Shown here one piece after another: positions 55,453-64,000 of a DNA stretch of 64,000 nucleotides. Under the pieces are notes generated by a model, which was not told the DNA's origin, searched no databases, and saw nothing but the letters and a program-made list of their open reading frames with translations. The stretch spans positions 10,478,001 through 10,542,000 of the forward strand of contig OX597834.1 of assembly GCA_951406725.2 (NCBI GenBank). Reading direction: 5' to 3'. A program made the translations under genes and the position numbers. Position 1 is the stretch's first letter, and every line of letters begins with the position of its first letter. Source of the stretch: Octopus vulgaris (taxonomy: Eukaryota).

Positions 55453-55696
55453 ACTCACCGCTACAGTTCTTCTGTACTATTGCTAATTAATAAATTTTGC
55501 TTATAATATTTTTGTCAGATTAATGTATTTTAATGTCAAAAAATTGACTGAGCCCATGGTTGATTTCAATCTATTTAATAAACATTCTACGGCAATTAAT
55601 TGTTTTCGTTATGAGATTTCAATTCAAGTGAAACAAAAATATATTGAACAATATTATTTACAACTCTATATTTAAGAGATGAGGAATTATGTACAT

Positions 55697-55782
55697 TATT
55701 TACATTTGACGGATATTTCTTCCTCATCTTGTTTGTGTTAACAATAAACAAGATGAGGACTCATATCCGTCAAATGTAAATA
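55697..55782. repeat. Short inverted repeat, about 38-bp arms
   Basis: tatttacatttgacggatat..tcctcatcttgttt / aaacaagatgagga..atatccgtcaaatgtaaata. Confidence 0.8.
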
Positions 55783-57417
55783 CTATATATTAGTTACAAC
55801 TTCACATTTTATTGTTTTTACTTAATACAACTAAATAAAATTACTATTTTGATTCTATATTTCAAAAGACATAATTAAAAATATGGTTTTTGTTTAAATT
55901 TATTTTTGATTACGTTTATACCATATTTAAAAAGATTTACTCGTTTTTTGGGTTCTCATAAGTAAAATAAATTTTCTCGAATTTACCTAATATAATGTAT
56001 TTCTATTTTTAAAATGTTATTCTTGGCTGTAATATTTTAAGTACAGCAGAATTTTCATTTGCGGTACTTTTTAGTTTCCTTTACAGGTGACAACTTATGC
56101 AAATTTTACAGTAGAAATCTTGTTCTTTACTTTTGCGGGTGTAATAACGTAAGAATATTTACATACATGCGCCCGCACATTTTAATTGTAATCATCGTTT
56201 TTCCAGACAATGCAATAAAACTGATAAATATTCTTTTGTTAAAAACTATTTCAAGTAAATGAAACCTGCCTGTATATTTATTTCCTTTAAAATCAATAAA
56301 TTTTTAGGAGGATGAGAAATGAAATTATAATTGTAAACAAATACTATATCCTATATCTTCACTGTACAAAAATTCTTATATTGAAGAAATGTATTGTATA
56401 ATACAAACGCGCCAAAAATGAAAGTGAGAAACTTCAGTATGAAAAATAATTTCCTATATAATCATGAATATTAATGTAATAATAATTTTATTATAAAATT
56501 AAGAAATAAATTAGCTATATCTATATATAATAAGACGAGCAAGCAAGAATGGTCATAAGAATATATCAATTATATAGTAAGAAGAGAATCAGATCATATG
56601 AAGTGTAAAGCAATGGCTAATATAATTTTTTTCAAAAAATACAACTATAGCCAATGCATCCTCAGTAAGGCAAGAGGAGCAACCTACCACTGTTAGGGCA
56701 AAGTTAGTTTGTTCGCCTGAGGACAAGTTACGTTTTTTTTTTATTTTGGAAAATGCCACACTCTCCCGATTAAGTATACAACTTGACAACCTTTAATCAT
56801 TATTTATTGAATTAATAATACTAACCAGGCGACATTGGGGCAAATATTAATTCTTTTATCTCCATTTTCACTTATTCGTTTTCCCTATGTTATTCTTCGC
56901 GTTCTTTCTGCTTCATTCTTGCTTTGTATAGAAAAGCATCTACGTTGTTTTTGGAACCGGAATTCTTGCTTGGAAATACAATGCACGCTATAAAGCTTGT
57001 ACGACGGTTGTATTTCAGAGGCATGAACCTAATAGTTCTAGTTTGAATCTCTTATATTGAATAATATTTTCTCTCACTAGATGGAGTACTTTATTTTTTT
57101 ATCTCACTAATAACAGCACAGTATATATAACACACACAGACACACATATATATATGTACAAGCATATAGATATATACACATATATGCATAAACAGATGCA
57201 CACATGCACTAAAACAATTACATACAGGATGTCTGGATGTGTGATGAGGTAGTTTCTAACTGAAGGGGATGAAGAACAAGTAGACTGACTGACTAGCTGC
57301 AATGCAAACAGCTAGCTACCTGTAATTAACTGGTAGTCAGGTAGAGAGAAAGATCTTGAAATATGGAGGAAATCAGAGCGGGGGAAAATAAGAAAATCTG
57401 AAGAGGGTGGATGCTAA

Positions 57418-57419
<2 letters not shown>

Positions 57420-57464
<45 letters not shown>

Positions 57465-57629
57465 ATGTGTGTGTGTGTATAATATATATGAATGTAGATA
57501 CATAGATACATGCATATACACACGCACACACACACTCATATGCATATATATATATATATATATACATATTTATATACGTATGTTTATAGATGTATGTACG
57601 TATACACGTAGTAATATTTAAAAACCTCA

Positions 57630-57716
<87 letters not shown>

Positions 57717-57887
57717 TATTCATGTATGTATGTATGTGTGTGTGTATATAATATATATGATTGTAGATGCATAGATACATGCATATACACACGCACACAC
57801 ACACTCATATGCATATATATCCATATTTATATACATATGTTTATAGGTGTATCTACGTATACACGCAGTAATATTTAAAAACACAGA

Positions 57888-57919
<32 letters not shown>

Positions 57920-57960
57920 ATGTACATGTTCAAGTATGTATGCATGTGTGTGTGAGTGTG
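57420..57960. repeat. Tandem duplication of a microsatellite-rich unit
   Basis: ..gtagatacatagatacatgcatatacacacgcac..gtaatatttaaaaac occurs twice; similar three-unit array at 45700-45960. Confidence 0.8.
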
Positions 57961-58279
57961 TGTGTGTCTATGCATGTGTGTATGTGTGTGTACGAATACT
58001 GTGAGATGAATAGATAAATCATGAGTCGGATGCAGCGTAATACCTCAGTGATTATCAGAATTTTATGGCTATTTTTTAATCTTTTTTTATTTTTCCTTTG
58101 CCACAATAACCAGATCGCTGTACAAATAGTGATTATGTTTCCATATCGGTGAGACGACAGAGAAAATTTGATATACAGATGACACCTAACATGCTTTTAT
58201 TCAACTATAACATTTTGACACCAGACTTCAAAGGAATACATGTACAGATTATTTCTGATGACATAGTGGTCTATCGCTT

Positions 58280-58383
58280 CGATAATAGCAATCGCAATAA
58301 TAATAATTATGATAATAATAATAATAACAATGATAATAATAGTAGTAATAATAATAATAATGATAATAATAATAGTAGTAGTA

Positions 58384-58443
<60 letters not shown>

Positions 58444-58512
58444 GTAGTAATAATAATAATAATAATAATAATAGTAGTAGTAGTAATACTAATAATGATA
58501 ATAAAAGTAGTA

Positions 58513-58563
<51 letters not shown>

Positions 58564-58758
58564 GAAATAATAATAATAATAGTAATACGAATAATAATAG
58601 TAGTAGTAATAATAATAATAATAATAATAGTAGTAGTAGTAATACTAATAATGATAATGATGATAATAATACTAATAATAATAATGATAATGATGATGAT
58701 AATAATAATAATAATAATGATAATGGTGATGATAATAATAGTAATGATAATAATAATT

Positions 58759-58789
<31 letters not shown>

Positions 58790-58813
58790 TAATAATAATA
58801 ATAATAATAATAA

Positions 58814-58844
<31 letters not shown>

Positions 58845-58863
58845 AAGAAGAATGATGATGATG

Positions 58864-58900
<37 letters not shown>
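58280..58900. repeat. Degenerate (AAT)n with (AGT)/(GAT)/(AAG) runs
   Basis: Direct inspection. Confidence 0.97.
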
Positions 58901-58901
<1 letters not shown>

Positions 58902-59496
58902 TTTAGTAGTGGATGCAGTATTAACAGTAATGAGAATATTAGTAACGAATAATTATTACTTCTAATATTAGTATCGGTATTAAGACTTTGAACATAACGT
59001 CATTCCATGGAACATGTCTTCATGAATAACTAACCTCCATTAGTTCCGGTATCAAGACACACTAACGTTCGTTGACAAAATTATACGATCTGCTATGATA
59101 TAATTATAATAACGCTCACAGGCTGAGGTTATTATCCGTAACATCATGCTTTCCTCTTCCCCCACGGCTAACCAATTTATTACACTTTTGAACAATCTAT
59201 ACACACTGTTTGCCGACACAGAACACTGGTAGTACTTGCAGCTCGTACTGTCTATTGCATCAATGTTATTGTTTGCTTCTCAGTTTAAATATTTAGGGAA
59301 TCATCAATGTATCTTATTCCCCCAATATATCACATATAGTAGCATTATTCAAACAACACATTGATATGGTAGATTGCAAGATACCGGATAAACCAAGAGC
59401 TCTACAGTGGCAAAAAAATTTGAAGTAAAGAAACATGATTCTAGAAAGCCTTTAGCTGAGATTATTTTGTTGCACATATTACACTTACTCCCTCGC

Positions 59497-59700
59497 TCTT
59501 TTACTCTTTTACTTGTTTCAGTCATTTGACTGCGGCCATGCTGGAGCACCGCCTTTAGACGAGCAAATCGACCCCGGGACTTATTCTTTGTAAGCACAGT
59601 ACTTATTCTATCGGTCTCTTTTGCCGAACCGCTAAGTGACGGGGACGTAAACACACCAGCACCGGTTGTCAAGCAATGCTAGGGGCACAAACATATACAC

Positions 59701-59791
<91 letters not shown>

Positions 59792-59957
59792 TATATGACT
59801 GGCTTCTTTCAGTTTCCGTCTACCAAATCCACTCACAAGGCATTGGTCGGCCCGGGTCTATAGCAGAAGACACTTGCCCAAGATGTCACGCAGTGGGGCT
59901 GAACCCGGAACCATGTGGTTGATAAGCAAGCTACTTACCACACAGCCACTCCTGCGC
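59497..59957 (-). mobile_element. SINE family A, full length
   Basis: Match to family A. Confidence 0.92.
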
Positions 59958-61275
59958 TTATTAGTGCAAAATTTGTGACTGTTTCAAGTCTACTTCGCAT
60001 CTTCCTTCTCATCAGTCTCGGAGATCGATAAAGTTATACAAGTTACTGCCCTTCCTCTTCACTAAGCGATAGAGTTAAATTTATCGACAATAGTCGTCAA
60101 TTAATCAAACACTAACCTCAGATATAAGTCTAGACTTCAGCCGCTATAAAAGAAAAATGAGACCATGGAAATATCTCAGAGACAATACGGCAAGGAAAGT
60201 GTGTATTTGTCTGTCCGCCGAGGTCGACTTTACCTTTCATCCTTTCGGGGTCGACAAATTAAGTACTTGTTATGCACTGCGGTCGATGTAATCGACTTAA
60301 TCCGTTTGTCTTTCCTTGTTTGTCCCCCTCTGTGTTTGGCCCCTTGTGGGTAATAAAGAAATATATTTCAGTAGGTCAAATAATATCGAATTTTCTTAAG
60401 TATCATCAGCAAAATCATCGTTTTTATTCAGAGGCAGTGTAATAATGCCCACGTTATAAAATCTATCCTCCATTATTTGAAGCCATAAGATGGAATTAAA
60501 TGGCGATATGAATGTATGTTACTGTTACTGCATAGAGACATCGGCAAATATGGATAAACGTTGAAGTTATTCAGGTTTAGATCGACTTTGATCAAATAAA
60601 TCTATAAACATAGCCACTTCATGTTCCATTACATTACATTTTTAAGTTTATTCTTTAGGCTCTGAGTTTAGACAGAGTTTTGCTGTCTTTTTCTCATAGA
60701 TAAATCTATTGCATTTACATAGGTATCTCTTCATCGACTCATATAATCCATCGTATCAAGTTGCGGTAAATATATGCAGAGTGCATGCTTAAGTCTTTTG
60801 CTCCTGTGTAACCGAAATATAAATTATATAAACGAATGGAACTGCAATTGCATGATATAAATAGACATTCCATATCAGTACAAATACATACTAGCAACAG
60901 TATTAATACTATGAAGGAATACTTATCCCCACTTAAACGTGGATGTTCTCTTAGAGGAAAACTATACTGCGGTAGATAACTGACGTATTAGCTTCTTGGT
61001 GCAAAACAATTCTGTAGAAAATTCATATCCTATCTCTAGACATGATCAGCTTTTATGAAATTACTTCGATTTTGTATATATGGAACGTTTCACAACAACT
61101 TGTTCACTGACAGAATTTTGTCGGTGAACAGGTCGCGGTCTCAAAGCGACGAAAATATTTTGACAGATTAGATTTAAATGATGAAGTGAATCTAACGGTT
61201 TTTGCGTGTTTCTTAAATGGCTTATAAAGAGCTTCTACGCTGCAATCGTTATATATATATAAATATATATATATG

Positions 61276-61331
<56 letters not shown>

Positions 61332-62048
61332 AGTGTATGTGTGTGTATATGTGTGTGTGTGTATGTGTGTGTGAGTCTGTGTCTGTGCGTGTCTATACTA
61401 GTGTAAAGAGAATTCTTTAACACATTTTTAATTATAAATTATAAAAGTTTCCGTGCCATTTCCAGTTTATGCGAAAATTCTAATAGAAAAATTACGTAAT
61501 ATTTGCAGTTCTAGGCATTGGAGAGGCATTTCCTCGGACCTTCATCAAAGTCGTGCTATTACATATACTTGTATAAATATAGAAGATTACAGGTATGAAT
61601 TCATTACGGCCTTTTCAAGCGGCACCATTTATTTAATTAATCAGAACATTATATCAATTTGAAAGGAACCGCTCTCTTCAGATGGCCACATAAGCATCAA
61701 ATATAAAAGATAAACCATCTTTATAAACAAATTTACCTCAGTAATGTAAACCAAAATATTTATAGTTTCTTATTTTTATGTCTGCGGCAGAATGAGATTA
61801 GAAAATAATGCATACTTTGTTAAGCCTAGAATAATTTAAAGAGTAGCAGAGGAATTAGTGGGGGTCAAACTAAAAGAAGTGATGACTTAGATATTTATAT
61901 TTAGAAGACTTTATGTAACATGTTGTCTTCAACCATTTAGAATTAATTCCCAAGGGAATTGTCAACTGTATTTTAGCTGAACTGTATTTTAGATAAATCA
62001 ATTACATTCAGACAATCTGCTAGACTCTTAATATAATGGAACGATATA

Positions 62049-62178
62049 TTTAGCATAAAGTATATTTTTCCACCGTAAAGTGGCAGTCCTGATTAGGAAT
62101 AATGTTACTGCCATAGCAGTAACATTCGTCCTGATCAGGACTGCCACATTTCGGAGGCAAATAAACATTACTCTAAAG
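62049..62178. repeat. Imperfect inverted repeat
   Basis: Core gtggcagtcctgattagga..aatgttactgc-cata-gcagtaacatt..tcctgatcaggactgccac at 62080-62147. Confidence 0.75.
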
Positions 62179-63172
62179 TACTGTTGTTGCATGTTTCTCG
62201 TTCAGAGATTTAGAATTAATACTTTTTCTATATATATAGCTTTACCTACATAAAATGGCATGTCGCAGAGTTGCTGGTAAGAGAATGACAGATGGGGAAA
62301 GGGGGTCGTCTCTGGAATAACGAAGGATAGGGGTTGCCAACGACTTATTTTGATTGTCAAATAAAGGGGAATTTAATGAAAACCCCAAAGGGAAGAGTAA
62401 TATAAACTTTGGGGATTGGGAATTAGACTTGAAGGATACGGAATGTAGCAATTTATAAATCTGTATTTAGTATATTTAATTAAGAAAAATTTAATCAATA
62501 TATAGAATAAGGATAGAAATTAAATTTATAACTTAATAATGGGATACTATAAATAAGAACTAATAAGACTATTCTTAAGCTAATTGAAAATATCATTAGA
62601 AAATTCCATAATGAATGCTTGACTGAATTGAAATATCATATGTGTAGGAGTACATTGTATATATTAAAACAGTAACAAGAACTAGTTGCTTCACTGCAGG
62701 AGGATAAGTATAAGAGATCGTAAAATATGATATCTAATGTAAGGGGTAATTGAATTAAAAGGTATACTAAATGTATAAGGGAGTACGTACGGAGGTAATA
62801 TCTAAAATAATTTTGGCATGTAAACATTTAATGAATATTGCATTATCAAAAAATATATTTAAATATGGTTTCCCTTTTCCAGTAAATTATATAAAAAATA
62901 GCTTATGAAAATGATTTATGAATTAAAAACACTAGGAATGTATATAAAAGGATATATAAAAATGTATAATGATGTCAAATATGAACATAAAACTTATAAA
63001 AGAAAATATGTAATTATGAATATAAAACATGAAATATAATATATTATACGGTGTGCTTTATGAAAAGAGATTCTAAACTTTTTTAAGCTATCTAAGCTAA
63101 ACAAATGTGTAGGAGGGAATATAGTTACATAAAAATGTAATAATATAAAAGATAAAAGATATTTTCCTAACA

Positions 63173-63218
<46 letters not shown>

Positions 63219-63331
63219 ATATACGGATGTATATATATGTATGTATATATATATGTATGTATATATATATATATGTATGCATATATATGTGTATGTATAT
63301 ATATGTGTATATATATGTATGTGTGCATATA

Positions 63332-63483
<152 letters not shown>

Positions 63484-63491
63484 GTATATAG

Positions 63492-63585
<94 letters not shown>

Positions 63586-63782
63586 TACTAATATAGGATG
63601 AAGTTTTTTTCCCTGCAGAAAAAAATTCCATCAAGAAATGTGGCAGCATATTAAAATACCTTTACGGTTAAAATTATAAAATTATAAGTCGTATATATAT
63701 TTCTTTACAGAATGATATAAAAGGTGTTCCTTAGAGAACTATTCCGCACTAACAAGGTGCCTCAAGTACCCAATTTAACTGG

Positions 63783-63849
<67 letters not shown>

Positions 63850-63852
63850 AAA

Positions 63853-63886
<34 letters not shown>

Positions 63887-64000
63887 ATCTATCTATCTAT
63901 CTATCTATCTAGCTCTCTCTGTATTTATCTATCTATCTATCTGTATATATGCATATATATATGTATATATGTATATCTCTGTATCTCTCTCTCTATATGT

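Noticed and set aside
58149-58965. 267-aa poly-N and 218-aa poly-I ORFs
   Set aside because: (AAT)n microsatellite; no splice or domain evidence

Overview
AT-rich, microsatellite-saturated, repeat-dominated animal DNA. The SINE families and (TA)n/(TATC)n load resemble an octopus/cephalopod genome (recognition only, not verified). I find no intact host protein-coding gene; almost all ORFs in the track are microsatellite or SINE artefacts. Recognisable content: many copies of four tRNA-headed SINE families; CR1-like and RTE-like LINE fragments; a decayed mariner and a Tc1-like fragment; a non-autonomous Helitron; piggyBac-type and pogo-type MITEs; two decayed Penelope-like retroelements of Naiad type (RT + GIY-YIG). 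The main signal is a recurring architecture: the Penelope elements and at least 8 short non-coding modules are head-to-head (tail-out) inverted repeats, mostly embedded in (TA)n, with one arm carrying an extra 3' tail. Many carry type-I hammerhead ribozyme motifs that can be folded by hand (about 12 motifs, about 6 sequence families). Boundaries of decayed repeats are approximate (+/-10-20 bp).
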